Shown piece by piece: positions 31,446 to 42,419 of a stretch of DNA of 64,000 nt. Under the pieces are notes generated by a model. The model worked only from the letters and a program-made list of their open reading frames with translations. It was not told the DNA's origin and did not search any database. Numbering within the stretch: the stretch's first letter is position 1; every line of letters begins with the position of its first letter. The DNA lies in the NCBI GenBank assembly GCA_963768425.1, contig CAVYHV010000008.1, positions 152,932-216,931 of the forward strand, in the 5' to 3' direction. Made by a program: the position numbers and the translations under genes. The stretch is from Candidatus Bathyarchaeota archaeon (GTDB taxonomy: Archaea; Thermoproteota; Bathyarchaeia; Bathyarchaeales; Bathycorpusculaceae).

Positions 31446-33250
31446 CTACTTCTTGAGCGCCGCTTCTGGCTTAGTGGTCTTAGTATAGTAGTACTCGCCT
31501 ATACCTTTTTGGAACTTATCCATTTGAGAGTCTTCTTTGTTTACTCGGGGACGCATGGTGACTGAGTCTCTGCGGAAGGTTATGTCCATTTCTTTAAGAA
31601 ACGAGTTCATGCCTTTCCTAAGGCTGGTTGGCGGATTAGCTCTGCCGCTTACGCCCGGGTCACCGTTGAAAACCATCAGGCGGTCAGCGATGAAGTCTTG
31701 GGTTACAACGTCATGTTCAACAACGAAGGCTGGGATGCCGTGCGCTTCCACAACCCTCCGAAGAGTCTTAGCCATGTTCAGGCGTTCTTCAACGTCCAGG
31801 TAGGCGCTTGGCTCGTCAAGCAGAAACAAATCGGCTTTTCGGCTGAGGCAGGCTGCAATGGCGACTTTCTGTAGTTCTCCACCGCTCAGCTCCATCACGT
31901 TTCGATCCATCAAAACCTGAAGCCTCATCGGCTGAGCAATCTCCGTTTTGTACCAACTGGATGTAAAATTTTCTTTAGCGACGCTCATAAGCAACTCTGC
32001 AACTGTCCCTGCGTAATCGGGGGCGATGTATTGTGGCTTGTAGCTAACAGTTAACTCGCCCAGCTTCTTCTTGTCGTCAGTTTCCTCTATGCCTGCAAGA
32101 ATCTTTACAAATGTTGTTTTTCCAATGCCGTTGGGACCTAAAATGCCAACGATTTCGCCGACTTTGATTTCGCCGGGTTCGACGGATAACTTGAATTCGT
32201 TGAAGGATTTTTCTATGTGTTCCCATTTTAAGATGGGTTCGCCCACGTTTGAGCCTGCGGTAGGCGGTTTCTCGTGGAAAACGATTGCTTCTTTGCGGAA
32301 CATGATGTTCTCGTCTGGGATGTAGCCTTGCAGGTAAATGTTTATGCCTGTTCGAACCCCGTGCACGTGAGAAACGACGCCGTAGACGGCTGGTTCGCCG
32401 TAGAAGAGGCAGATTTGGTCCGACAGGTAATCGATTATGGCTAAGTCATGTTCAGCAACAATGATGGTTTTCTGTTGTTCCTTAAGGCTTCGTATTGCTC
32501 TCGCAACAACGAGCCTCTGCTTCACGTCAAGGTAACTTGAAGGCTCGTCAAAAAGGTAAACGTCGGCTTCGCGACTAAGTGCAGCTGCAACTGCTACACG
32601 TTGAAGTTCCCCCCGCTAAGAATGTCTAAGGGTCTATCCCAAACTTTTTTGAGTTCAAGTTCTTCAGCAATGGCGTTCAGCTGTTTTCTTTCATCGACCT
32701 TTTCCAGTAAATCGCCGACTTTCCCTGCGACTGCCTTAGGAATCTTGTCTACGTATTGTGGTTTGCTGCTTACCTTGAGTTTTTTTTCGCTCATCTTCTG
32801 GAAATAATCTTGAAGGCTTGAACCCCGATAATATTGGATTATTTCCGGCCAATCAGGCGGGTCATTATACTTTCCTAAGTTCGGTTTGATCTCGCCTGAG
32901 AAAACTTTGAGCGTTGTGGTTTTTCCGATGCCGTTCTGCCCCAGTAAACCCAGTACTGTGCCCGGCGACGGCATGGGTAAACGGAAAAGTTTGAAGCTGT
33001 TTTCGGTGAAACGGTGGCTGCAATCCTTCTCCAACTCGTCGGGTAGGTTGACGACGCTTATTGCTTTGAAGGGGCATTTCTTGACGCAGATTCCGCAGCC
33101 GCTGCACAGTGATTCCGATATGACAGCTTTGTTTCCTTCTACTCTTATGGCTTCTACTCGGCTGCGAACCATAGGGCAGTAGCTGACGCAGACTTGGTTG
33201 CATTTTTTGACTTTGCATTTGTCCTGGTTAAGCACGGCAATTCGGGTCAT
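31446..33250 (-). CDS. ABCE1/RLI ribosome recycling ATPase (frameshift in G-run near 32610)
   Basis: N-terminal Fe-S (CSGCGICVKKCP); two Walker A motifs (GQNGIGKT, GPNGIGKT); LSGGELQ; FRRD..RPRVNK. Confidence 0.95.
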
Positions 33251-33483
33251 AGGCAAACTCCTAACTATCAAAATAACAACTAAGTAATAAATTTAAGAAT
33301 AAAAAACAGCTTTCTTTAGCTTTCCGTTAGAATTTCGACTCGCGTCATGGCAAAGATAAATGACTGCATCAGAAACTATACAAATAGGCTTTTCATCGGT
33401 TTCAAAAATCGACCTCAAACGCTTCCTTAAGAAGGGATTTAACGAAAGAAAAATAATAAAAAGTTCAGTTCGGGGTGCTTAGT

Positions 33484-33552
33484 CTACCATTCTTCTTCTT
33501 CCCATTCTTCATCTTCGCCTTCTTCCCATTCATCTTCTTCTTCGAATATCAT
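33484..33552 (-). CDS. 22-aa acidic Trp-spaced micro-protein MIFEEEDEWEEGEDEEWEEEEW
   Basis: ATG..TAG frame preceded by a perfect SD GGAGGTGA (33562-33569) and a TTTAAA box at ~33606. Confidence 0.7.
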   Translation of the reverse strand: MIFEEEDEWEEGEDEEWEEEEW

Positions 33553-34228
33553 GTCTCTTTTTCACCTCCAAATAACACGTACAATCTACCCTGCCTTTGG
33601 GGAACTTTAAAGATTTAGATTCGTCAACTGTCGTTAATATCACATGATAATTTAGGGCTAAAACATGTTTCATACACAAATTTTCCACATTAACCTTCGG
33701 ACGATAATTTGATAATGGGCAGTTCTAAACACCTCAACCTTCTCTCGCGCAGCGGTTCTCTATCAAACCTGGTTGTGGTTAAAATCGGGCAAAGCGAAAA
33801 CCTCGATAGGCGAACCCAAAAACTCGTAAGCAAACTAACCTAAAAGCAATCTGCTTTTGGGCTTAGCTTGCAAAATGAATAAATTTCTGCAGCCCCACGT
33901 AGATGGCGGGATGATGTGAGGCGACGGCTTCGAGCTTGCGCTGTGAGAAATCGTCAAATAACGCTGACCCAAGAATTGACGAAATGAGTTGTCCCTTTTC
34001 ATGATTTTTTCATTAAAGAACAGGAATTTTGAAGGACAAAAATTCAATGCACAATTTCGTGCGTCTCGTTTCAAGTCAAACTAAGCTGTTTCACATAAAG
34101 GGGGCATTTTAAGCTCACATAGTTGAGCATTCGTGGTAAATCCGACAACAAAAATTGGTGGAGCGCCAATTTTAAAAGCATTAAGTTGCCTATCTTGACT
34201 TATTGTTTAGTTTCCGAGCGCGAACGAT

Positions 34229-35253
34229 TTGGTTGACGAAAAAACAGGAAAAAACCATGTCCCCGAAAGCACAGGCATCGGCGAGCGAAGAATAATTGAC
34301 ATAATCGCCCGGAACCTTGAAACCATGCCCAACTTGCCCGTGCCCTTCGGCGACGACGTCTCCGCAGTTAACATTGACCAAAAACAGGTTGCCGTCCTCA
34401 AAACTGATATGCTTGTGAGTAAAACCGACGTGCCTCCCAACATGAGCCTTTGGCAAGCGTCACGCAAAGCAGTCGTTATGAACATCAGCGACTTCGCCTC
34501 CAAAGGTGTCCAACCCACAGCCGCTCTGGCATCTTTAGGGCTACCTAAAGGTCTAATGCAAAAAGACATCGAAGAAATCGCACGCGGGTTAAATGCGGGT
34601 GCAAGGGAATATGGCGCGTACATTGTCGGCGGGGATACAGGTGAAGCTTCAGACCTCATAATTTCAATCAGCCTCTATGGCACAGCAGAAAAAACAAGCT
34701 TGATGCTTCGCAACGGGGCCAAACCGGGCGACGTGTTAGCAGTCACGGGGTTCTTCGGCAAGTCAGCGGCTGGATTACGTTTACTGACGAATAATTTTTC
34801 AGCGTCCCATCATTTGCGCGATGTTTTGCTGGGTGCGGTTTGTATGCCTAACGCTCGGCTTAAAGAAGGGTTAGCCCTTAGTCGTTCAGGTGCAGCGACA
34901 GCTTCCATCGATTCAAGTGACGGTTTGGCTTGGAGCTTGCATGAAATCGCCAAAATGAGTAACGTCGGCTTCGTCGTTAACACTGTTCCCGTTTCTGATG
35001 AAGTAAGGAGATTCGCCGAATTTAACCACCTTGATCCGTTGGAGCTGGCGCTTTACGGCGGCGAAGAATACGAGCTTGTAGTAACCATCAAGCCTGACAA
35101 GTGGGTTGAAGCTGAAGCCTCAGTAGAAGCCGCCGGCGGATGTCTCTTGCCCATTGGAAAAGCTACGAGGGACACCAGATGCTCTTAGACGTTGACGGCT
35201 TAAAAAGTTCTGTTGAAGCCCGCGGTTGGGAACACTTCAAGAGCAAGATTTAG
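34229..35253 (+). CDS. thiL: Thiamine-monophosphate kinase (frameshift near 35175)
   Basis: GDDVSA, KTDML, NISDFASKG, VGGDT, IDSSDGL, GGEEYEL; C-terminus RGWEHF in the next frame. Confidence 0.93.
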
Positions 35254-35807
35254 CTCTTGATGTCCAACAGATAATTGATTATTGTTATGCACGAAGCAGC
35301 CAAGTAAGGTTGTTTGCCTAAACTAATTTTTTCGCCAAACCTAAGTGCAAACCTTTCCACATTTCTAGGCAATCCAACATGGTCGCCGAGCACAAAAACT
35401 GCGTCGTCAGCAAGATCCACCTCAGCCACGTTTTTTCCGCCCTCTTCTAAAACGTACACTTGATGCGTTTGGGCTTTGCCTTTAAGCAAAGCTTCAAAGC
35501 TTGTCTTGTCTACGCTGATGCCCGGATGCGATTTGCCAGCAATCACCTTTCTTAGGATCTGCTGCCATGTATCCACGTCCGTGCGAACATCATACAGTTT
35601 TTCCCCGTCAATTTCTATGTGCAGCGGAGGCTTCGGGGGACCATTCAGTATGGCATGGAAGGATACGTCTCTGCGTATTCCGTGAGAGAGGAAAAGACTC
35701 GTTACTATGCATTCGTATGCGATGTCTAAGCGTCCTGCGTCGTGGAGATTATGGAATGATGCATCTGTGTTTCCTAAACGCGAGAACATTATAAATTGTC
35801 TTGGCAA
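35250..35807 (-). CDS. trmY: tRNA (pseudouridine54-N1)-methyltransferase
   Basis: GRLDI, FLSHGIRRD, FVLGDHVG, ISLG..Y.A..CI (SPOUT). Confidence 0.88.
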   Translation of the reverse strand: MPRQFIMFSRLGNTDASFHNLHDAGRLDIAYECIVTSLFLSHGIRRDVSFHAILNGPPKPPLHIEIDGEKLYDVRTDVDTWQQILRKVIAGKSHPGISVDKTSFEALLKGKAQTHQVYVLEEGGKNVAEVDLADDAVFVLGDHVGLPRNVERFALRFGEKISLGKQPYLAASCITIINYLLDIKS

Positions 35808-36072
35808 TCCTCTTCACGTTTATTGTTATGTAAACTTTGCTTTAAAGTACTTCCCAACCAATACATGAGGAAAATCTATTGGGTTTAGACAATCAGATGC
35901 GAATTAGTCACTCAAGGGTTGCCAAAAACGATTTTCTTGCCGTCGCAGGCTCACGATGCTTGTGGCTTTCAACACGATTAAAGTTAAATATGTTATTTGT
36001 TCACTGCCGAGTGAGGCAAAAGGGGTAATTGCGTAACTTGAAAACTTTGCAAGCTAAGGCCGTGCAACTTGA

Positions 36073-36477
36073 CTATATTAGAACTCTTTTTAGAATTCCC
36101 GAATGATCAATGTTCTTTTCCATGAACACGCTTATCTTGTTCTCCCCTACATTCACAAAAAGAACTTTAAGGCTTTTCCCCTCAACCAAAGCACTTTCAA
36201 TTGCGGCTACGCCTAATTGTTTTGCAATTTCCAAACACGACTCACACAGTTGATAAGATAAGAAGGCAAATTGGGTTATCTTGTCTCCTCCATCCAAGTC
36301 AAACACTGCTGAACTGTTTCCTCTAATGATGTAGCCTAAAACTCCATTCATCTTACGAATTTCAACTAAACTAGCTCCTAAACTTGCGAAAGCTGGGTCG
36401 TCAGTGTCCGAAGATGAAATGACTGCAACGTTGGTCAATGATGTTTCTGTCTGGGTCGGGCTTGATTTTGAGCTCAT
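36073..36477 (-). CDS. Roadblock/LC7-like domain protein
   Basis: Helix-L.EI...GVLGYIIR, then helix, then three beta strands (ALVEG, VLFV, ISVFMEK). Confidence 0.6.
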   Translation of the reverse strand: MSSKSSPTQTETSLTNVAVISSSDTDDPAFASLGASLVEIRKMNGVLGYIIRGNSSAVFDLDGGDKITQFAFLSYQLCESCLEIAKQLGVAAIESALVEGKSLKVLFVNVGENKISVFMEKNIDHSGILKRVLI

Positions 36478-37335
36478 CTTTTTTCCTCCCACTCCGCTGG
36501 AATAACTGGTTTAACTATTACAAGCTTGCCTTCGACTAATCGCAACGTCTGCAGGATCCTTTCAGGAATCTGTATTATCCCTTTAGCTTTGCTATCTGCT
36601 TCTCTCACTGGTCTAAACTTGCATCTTACTGATCTACCCTCTAAAGTTTCAACGTTAACCTGGGAAATTTCCCGATCGCCGTAAAGGTCAACCCACTTAG
36701 CTACGATGTCTGCGTCAACCCGTACCATATCTGAAGCAACGAGTAAACCTGCAATTTTCTCTACCATAAACTGGTTTACTGGCGGCTTTGGAAAATTTTG
36801 CTCTGAAAGCATCCGATGCGGATTTGAAATTTTGCTGTTCTGTGTGTTTGGGCTGTTCTGTGTGTTTGGGCTCTTCCGGCGGCTTAGTTGTTTCTTTCTC
36901 CTTTTCGGCTTCGGAGTTAGGAGGGTCCGTTGGCTCGTTTTCAAGTTCAGAAGGCTCTATTTGATCCATCAATTTGATGATGGTTGGTAAAACGACGAAA
37001 GTTAATGCTTTAACTCTTTTTTCGTCTGCCATACGGGAAGAAACCGTGGCCAAGTAACGACCGTTAGTTGTTGTAACATTTATTTGGCTGTTAACGCCTT
37101 GGATGGTTAAGTTTTCAACGCCTCCAATAACCTCTGAATGATTTGCTATTTCGTCGAAGGCAGCGGCCAAATTTTTGGCGCGATCTTTAGCGAGGTCGTT
37201 TTCGTTGCATGCTAAGATTTCGCCGTCTTCTTTGAAAATGACTGCTTTGGTTGTCTCCGGACTGATGTTTCTGAATTCACCTAAGATTGTTTGCAGCGGG
37301 GTCGAAGAAGAATTTGGAGAAGAGACTTCGGTCAC
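36474..37335 (-). CDS. Roadblock-like domain + acidic/Pro linker + C-terminal beta-barrel-like domain (frameshift near 36810)
   Basis: N-terminal AVIFKEDGEILA...IGGVENLTIQG; C-terminal frame NQFMVE...GIIQIPERILQTLRLVEGKLVIVKP. Confidence 0.55.
36834..36871. repeat. 18-bp tandem duplication encoding (PKHTEQ)2 in a linker
   Basis: gctgttctgtgtgtttgg x2. Confidence 0.85.
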
Positions 37336-37357
37336 CTTTTGCTGCCAGCTAACAAGA

Positions 37358-37783
37358 TTATGTTATTTTGAAGAGGATTCGCTCTGGGATGCCTTCGTCC
37401 TGTAGCACAAGGTACCTAAGACCTTCAGTGTCTCCAAGTTGATCCAGCCACTTTAACGCTTCACGAACCTTCTGCAACACTAAGAGTCGCTCCTGGTAGC
37501 TGCGCACGACTGCTTCTATGGCGGTTAACTCGTGGAACGCGTTTGCGTCTAGGACGATGTTTAGAGTGCCGACTGTGATTTCGCTTGGGTTTTCCGTCGA
37601 TGCTTTCTTTCCAGCTAACTTCATCACGACTTCGCGGACTTTCTTTGACTTCTCCGCTAACGTGCGTATCTCATCCAATCGACGCAGGTACTCGCCCAAG
37701 ACGCTCTTGGTTTCAGACAATTCCTTGTCTAGAGCATCTGCTATTGCTTGAGCTGAATTATATTCTTGTATTTGGGTTACCAT
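37358..37783 (-). CDS. Hypothetical coiled-coil protein (prefoldin-like helix-hairpin-helix layout)
   Basis: Two long amphipathic helices flank a short beta segment; SD GGAGGT upstream. Confidence 0.65.
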   Translation of the reverse strand: MVTQIQEYNSAQAIADALDKELSETKSVLGEYLRRLDEIRTLAEKSKKVREVVMKLAGKKASTENPSEITVGTLNIVLDANAFHELTAIEAVVRSYQERLLVLQKVREALKWLDQLGDTEGLRYLVLQDEGIPERILFKIT

Positions 37784-37879
37784 GTTTTTTTACCTCCAAA
37801 CGAGGAAACAAAAGAGAAAGGAAAAAAGTGGTGATGCAATTTCACCTTACCCCCGAATTTCAAACTAAATTTTGTGTGC

Positions 37880-38361
37880 TTATGGTCCATTGTATGAGGC
37901 GGAGCTTGTCAATGTGTTGCCTTTTGAGGTCATCAGCGTTATTGTGTATTGGGCGCTGTTACTGAAGGTCTCTGCGGCTGTAGTGATAGTTACGTCTACT
38001 GAAGTTCCTTTAGCAATTGGAATCTGGCCCTTGTTCAGAAGTATTTGTTGCTGGTAGTGCCGCTGAGATATCCGCTGACTAGTGTTCCGGTGTTTCCATC
38101 TATAGTCGCCGATGATATAGTCACTGCGGCGGAACCAGTGTTTTGAATGGTAACGACGGCTTGACCGCTAGTGCCGGTGGGGTCGGATAGTACGACGTTT
38201 GTTATTTTTGCTTGTTCAGAGTTTCCCATGAATCCGATGGTTAATGCTCCCATCCATGCTGCTACGACGACGCTGACTGCGACTGTGACGGCGATGAGTA
38301 TGATTGTTGCGATTACGGGGCTTAGTGCTTTTGCGCTTTTCCTAAATTTCCTGAAATTCAA
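37880..38361 (-). CDS. Archaeal type IV pilin (class III signal peptide; frameshift near 38045)
   Basis: RKSAKA|LSPVIATIILIAVTVAVSVVVAAW; IQNTGS; C-terminus YTITLMTSKGNT...P* in the next frame. Confidence 0.88.
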
Positions 38362-38578
38362 TTTGTTTCTTTACCCTCCTTTGGGTTACTGAATATACGT
38401 TCCACTTTTTGCATTAATAAATATTATGACTTAATACATCATATTATTGACTTGTTAGACACAACTACAGCCACAATCTAATCAATTCTCAAATCCCATC
38501 AAAATGCAAGTCTATTCGTCCACAACTGGAACTGAAAAAAGATTAAGAGCTAAAGTAAAAAACTCTAAGAATATAGAA

Positions 38579-38911
38579 TTAAGCTTCAAGTTCACCGAAT
38601 AATCCGAAGAGAAGCTTCGCAACTTTTTCGCCGAGTTCAGTTTTCAAGTAGTACTTCTTGAGCGGATCGATTCGTTCGCTCTTCGCTAAGCCCAACGATT
38701 CAATTTCGATCATTCTTGCCCTGAACGTGCCGTCGCTCAGCGTCAGCTTGTTCTTATGCATAAAGTCTTTGGCTTCCTTCCATTTGCCGCGGCCTGCGTA
38801 AAGCAGCAGCAGGCAGTCGATTGCGTGATCTTTTTCAAGCATGGCTTTGATCGCGGACAGTTTAGGGTCAGTAAGAATATGCTTAATCTTCTCGTCCTCA
38901 TTTTTTGCCAT
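38579..38911 (-). CDS. Winged-helix DNA-binding protein
   Basis: LSDGTFRARMIEIESLGL...YYLKTELGEKV. Confidence 0.7.
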   Translation of the reverse strand: MAKNEDEKIKHILTDPKLSAIKAMLEKDHAIDCLLLLYAGRGKWKEAKDFMHKNKLTLSDGTFRARMIEIESLGLAKSERIDPLKKYYLKTELGEKVAKLLFGLFGELEA

Positions 38912-39273
38912 TTTTTTAATACACCTTTTTATCCTTTCATTTGTTATTAAACCAAAAGTTAGCGTCTTATGCTTTTAAACCATATTGCGAATCGTGAAAC
39001 ATATCTGCAGACGCCTTCCTTCCGAAATCAACTATAACTAGCAACTTGCTTATAAATTGTTACTGAGCAAGCTGAAAGTGATTAAGGTTAAACATTCAGT
39101 CACAAAAGGGTATTGAAATCAATAAAGCCCCAAGGTTTTTTAAGATTGGTGTGTCGGATGGCTGTATTTCAAAGCAGAGGGTTTGTTATATGAAGTGGGC
39201 GAACAGGGGACTTGCAAGCGCTAAACTTAACTAAGGAAGCCTGCAAATCTTCACTTAATATGAGGCGTAAAAA

Positions 39274-39868
39274 GTGGTTGCCGAAATCGAATATGAAGTT
39301 CCAACTTGGAGTCAAATATACGATATGCTTCTAAGCCAAGCACGAAAAATCCGCTGCGACGGCTACAAACCTGATATCATTGTTGGGATCGCTCGAGGAG
39401 GGTTGGTTCCTTTGCGGGTTTTGGCGGATCTATTGGAGACGCGAGACATGGCAGTAATCACTATAGAGTACTACCTTGGCATCGCGCAAAAGTCGCGGGA
39501 ACCCATCTTGAAACAGTGTCTCCACACTACCTTGACGAGTAAGAAAGTTTTGCTGGTTGACGATGTTTCCGACGGCGGGAGAAGCCTGCAGCTTGCCAAG
39601 AAACATCTTGAGGAGCAATGCGCCCAACAAATCAAAGTAGCCACCATCTACTGCAAACCCGGCACTCTTACGACGCCCGACTACTTTGAGAAAGAGACAA
39701 ATCGCTGGATTGTTTTTCCATGGGAAGCTCGAGAAACCTTGACGAAAATAGGGCGCAGGGTCGAGGGCAAACGCGCGTTAGGCAGGGAAGTTACGAACCT
39801 GGTGCGGGCAGGCTTCCCTAAGGCATTGGCTGACAGACTGCTTGAAGAGGGCGTTGATGAACCCTTAA
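39274..39868 (+). CDS. Type I phosphoribosyltransferase (purine PRT-like)
   Basis: GIARGG, VLLVDDVSDGGRSL, WIVFPWE; the probable true stop TAA at 39866 overlaps the next ATG. Confidence 0.85.
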
Positions 39869-40434
39869 TGTTGCATCATATAGAAGAGTTCGGCGTGTAC
39901 GCTGAAATAACAGGGTTCAAAGGCGTAAAATTTCCGGATGCAGAGGCTTTCTTAAAAGAGAGTCGGAAAAAAGCCACTCTGAAAGTTGATTTGCAATTCT
40001 TCGATGCAGACTTGATTGCGACCCATAGGCACCTCTATTTTGCCGTGCTAAACGCGTTGCAAGCCTTCCGCAACAAAACAAACCTTTCTAAAAGCTTGGC
40101 CGTCGAAACCATGCTTTACGCTTCCGCACAACGGCAGATACAGCGAGCCATCCAACGCTGCGGCATCAAACCACAAACCACAGACATGGCCGCCACCATA
40201 ATCGGTGAAAAACCCACTGAAATTCACGATCAGCTCAAAGATATAGCGGCATGCGTTGGCGTCAAACCTGATGACGGCGTGCTGGAAATGACCGCTATTA
40301 AGCTTGAAAAAATCAAGGAAACTTTTCAAATTAAACCTGAAGAAATCAACTCTATAGTAAATAATGGCTACTTTGAAGAGGCGGTTGTCAGCCTCGTCGT
40401 TGAACGAGTAGCCCTGCTTTCGACCCAGCTTTGA
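39868..40434 (+). CDS. cgi121: KEOPS complex subunit Cgi121
   Basis: QFFDADLIA...HL.FA, SKSLAVETMLYASAQRQI..AI...G. Confidence 0.85.
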   Translation: MLHHIEEFGVYAEITGFKGVKFPDAEAFLKESRKKATLKVDLQFFDADLIATHRHLYFAVLNALQAFRNKTNLSKSLAVETMLYASAQRQIQRAIQRCGIKPQTTDMAATIIGEKPTEIHDQLKDIAACVGVKPDDGVLEMTAIKLEKIKETFQIKPEEINSIVNNGYFEEAVVSLVVERVALLSTQL

Positions 40435-40436
40435 GG

Positions 40437-40966
40437 CTAAAGCATTTTCTCTTTCAAGACGGACAAGACGTCGCTGGGTTTAATGCAGTGAGATGCCTGT
40501 TAGTGCGCCCAGAACTTCGATTTGTAGGATGCGGTCAGGGGTATTCATGTCTGCCTTGCGTTTGATGTCTGAAGCGGCTGCCTCGATGATTTCTTTTGAA
40601 TGCAATGCTGTGAAGCGTTTCTCAACTGTAACCCTGAACGATTCATTGTCGGCGATTCTGGCTGGCCAACTCTTGAGTCACTCGTTTAATCTCTTGTAAG
40701 TCTGTGGGCACAACCCGTTCGATCGGCACGATGCGTAGGGCATAGCGGAACTCATAGGGTCGCTCCTTAAGAATGGCACGCAGTTTCTCTATGGCAACGA
40801 AGGGGTCCAGCGTGGTTTTAGCAACGATTAAACCGCGGATTTTTGTTTTGGTTGCCTGCGGGTCGGGGTCTCCCAGTTCGTCTTTGAGCAGGTAATACAA
40901 CTCGTTGCACATTGGGCGCTCGTTGCCCCGTGAAGTCGTCGCTACAAGATTAAAGTCGCTAATCAT
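40437..40966 (-). CDS. THUMP domain RNA-binding protein (frameshift near 40665)
   Basis: FNLVATTSRGNE, LRIVPIERVV; second frame gives SFRVTVEKRF...PDRILQIEVLG. Confidence 0.85.
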
Positions 40967-41260
40967 AACTTTTCTCTCAGCAGAAAAAGATGCAGACTGA
41001 TTATTTGTGCTTTTACCTTGGCACCATAACAAAAAAAATTGGGACTGGGCAATGCCTGCTCGCAAATCAAGCATTGGTACAATAGTCATAATCGGCATCG
41101 GGTATAATCCAAAAATCAGTTAATTCGTTAAACATGAAACAACATAGTTCAATTCAAACCAACCTCACTTTTTATGCGGAAACGATGATTTTCAACATTG
41201 TTTTCACCGATAAAACATTTAAAAACTTGGGTTTCACTGATTAGCAAACATGAACAGTGC

Positions 41261-41334
41261 GCCTCGATGGCTCAGTCTGGTAGAGCGGCTGCCTCGTAAG
41301 CAGCAGGCCGCGGGATCAAAGCCCGCTCGAGGCT
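41261..41334 (+). tRNA. tRNA-Thr(CGT)
   Basis: Acceptor GCCTCGA/TCGAGGC; anticodon arm GCTGC-CTCGTAA-GCAGC; T arm GCGGG-ATCAAAG-CCCGC; no CCA, no intron. Confidence 0.93.
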
Positions 41335-41595
41335 TCACTTATTTCTCCAACAAAATAGAAACCATTCTTTTGTCGATACAGCCTAACGCATGATTGATGG
41401 AAGTCTCTTTTTAATGAAGTATTAGAAAGGTCTGTGAGCATAGATTATTGTGTTACAAAAAAGTGTGTTAAAATAAAAAAGGGAAGCCAAATTCTTCTTG
41501 GTTGGGTGTGGAATTGGCTTTTGATTTTCTGCCCATTGTTGTTTTGTTCTTTTTAGTCATCTCCTTCTGTTTTATTCTGAGGTTGTGGGTTTGAG

Positions 41596-41706
41596 CTAGA
41601 CTTGGTTATCTTTGATGAATTTTCGATATTTCATATTATAGTAAACGAAAGCTGCCATCAACGAGCTTGTACATAGCGCAAACGCGGGTAAACTTGTTTC
41701 TATCAT
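41596..41706 (-). CDS. Putative 36-aa single-TM micro-protein
   Basis: MIETSLPAFALCTSSLMAAFVYYNMKYRKFIKDNQV*; SD AGGTGA upstream. Confidence 0.45.
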   Translation of the reverse strand: MIETSLPAFALCTSSLMAAFVYYNMKYRKFIKDNQV

Positions 41707-42082
41707 TTTTTCTCACCTACACGTGGGGGAAGTAAACGGTTTCTTTTTTTGGAGCCGTTTTGTTTGAGGATGTTTTTTCCATTTTTCCACCATTCTTTTT
41801 TGATATTGATAGGTCGCGACTTCATATAAGGGTGTTTGTGATTTGTTCATAATTATTGTGAAAAGCTGCATAAATAACATAATTTAGACGTTTAAATTAT
41901 AATAAAGATTAATAATTGCTTGAAAGGTTGTGCGTTTGTGGAATCAGGGAGGCAAGAAGAACCAGTTTGCTTTTTTGCTTTAGTGTATTGGTGTTGTACT
42001 CTTTTGCGGGCATGACGCCATGCGATAAAGTTTATTAAATATTGCTACACTCGATGTAGAATGAACGTGGGAGGCGAATGAC

Positions 42083-42415
42083 ATGCAGCTTTTCCATGGG
42101 CACGAGCAAAAACTCCAATGCCCCTACAAAGGATGCGAAAAACTATTTGACAAGCCGACCGTTATAACAGACACCAACACAATCCCACGGCAAACACACT
42201 TCGCCTGCCCCTACTGCATGTCCAAACTCGATATTAGAACCGAAAAGAATCGGATCATCGAAATCAAACCAACCGAGTACCCCACAGTTTTTGACAGCCC
42301 CGCCAAATGTGCTCACTACAGCAGCCTACTCCACGCGCCCGGCGAAAACATGCTAACACAAGACGAATGCCTGATCTGCCCAAAGGTACTACAATGCAAC
42401 ATACGCAAGAAATAA
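42083..42415 (+). CDS. Cys-rich zinc-finger protein
   Basis: CPYKGC, CPYC, CAHY, CLICPKVLQC; SD GGAGG. Confidence 0.75.
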   Translation: MQLFHGHEQKLQCPYKGCEKLFDKPTVITDTNTIPRQTHFACPYCMSKLDIRTEKNRIIEIKPTEYPTVFDSPAKCAHYSSLLHAPGENMLTQDECLICPKVLQCNIRKK

Positions 42416-42419
42416 TCAG

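Noticed and set aside
33560-34228. TPP riboswitch upstream of thiL
   Set aside because: No CTGAGA or ACCTGA core in a suitable arrangement.
38395-38535. ORB-like GTTCCA motifs (also near 23925) suggesting a replication origin
   Set aside because: Only partial matches, no G-string, and no adjacent orc1/cdc6.
39274-40434. Apparent PRTase-Cgi121 fusion protein (386 aa)
   Set aside because: Deleting one G from gaagagggcg (~39850) gives ...EEALMNP-TAA overlapping the cgi121 ATG (TAATG), a normal coupled gene pair. Given the indel rate, the fusion is probably an artefact.
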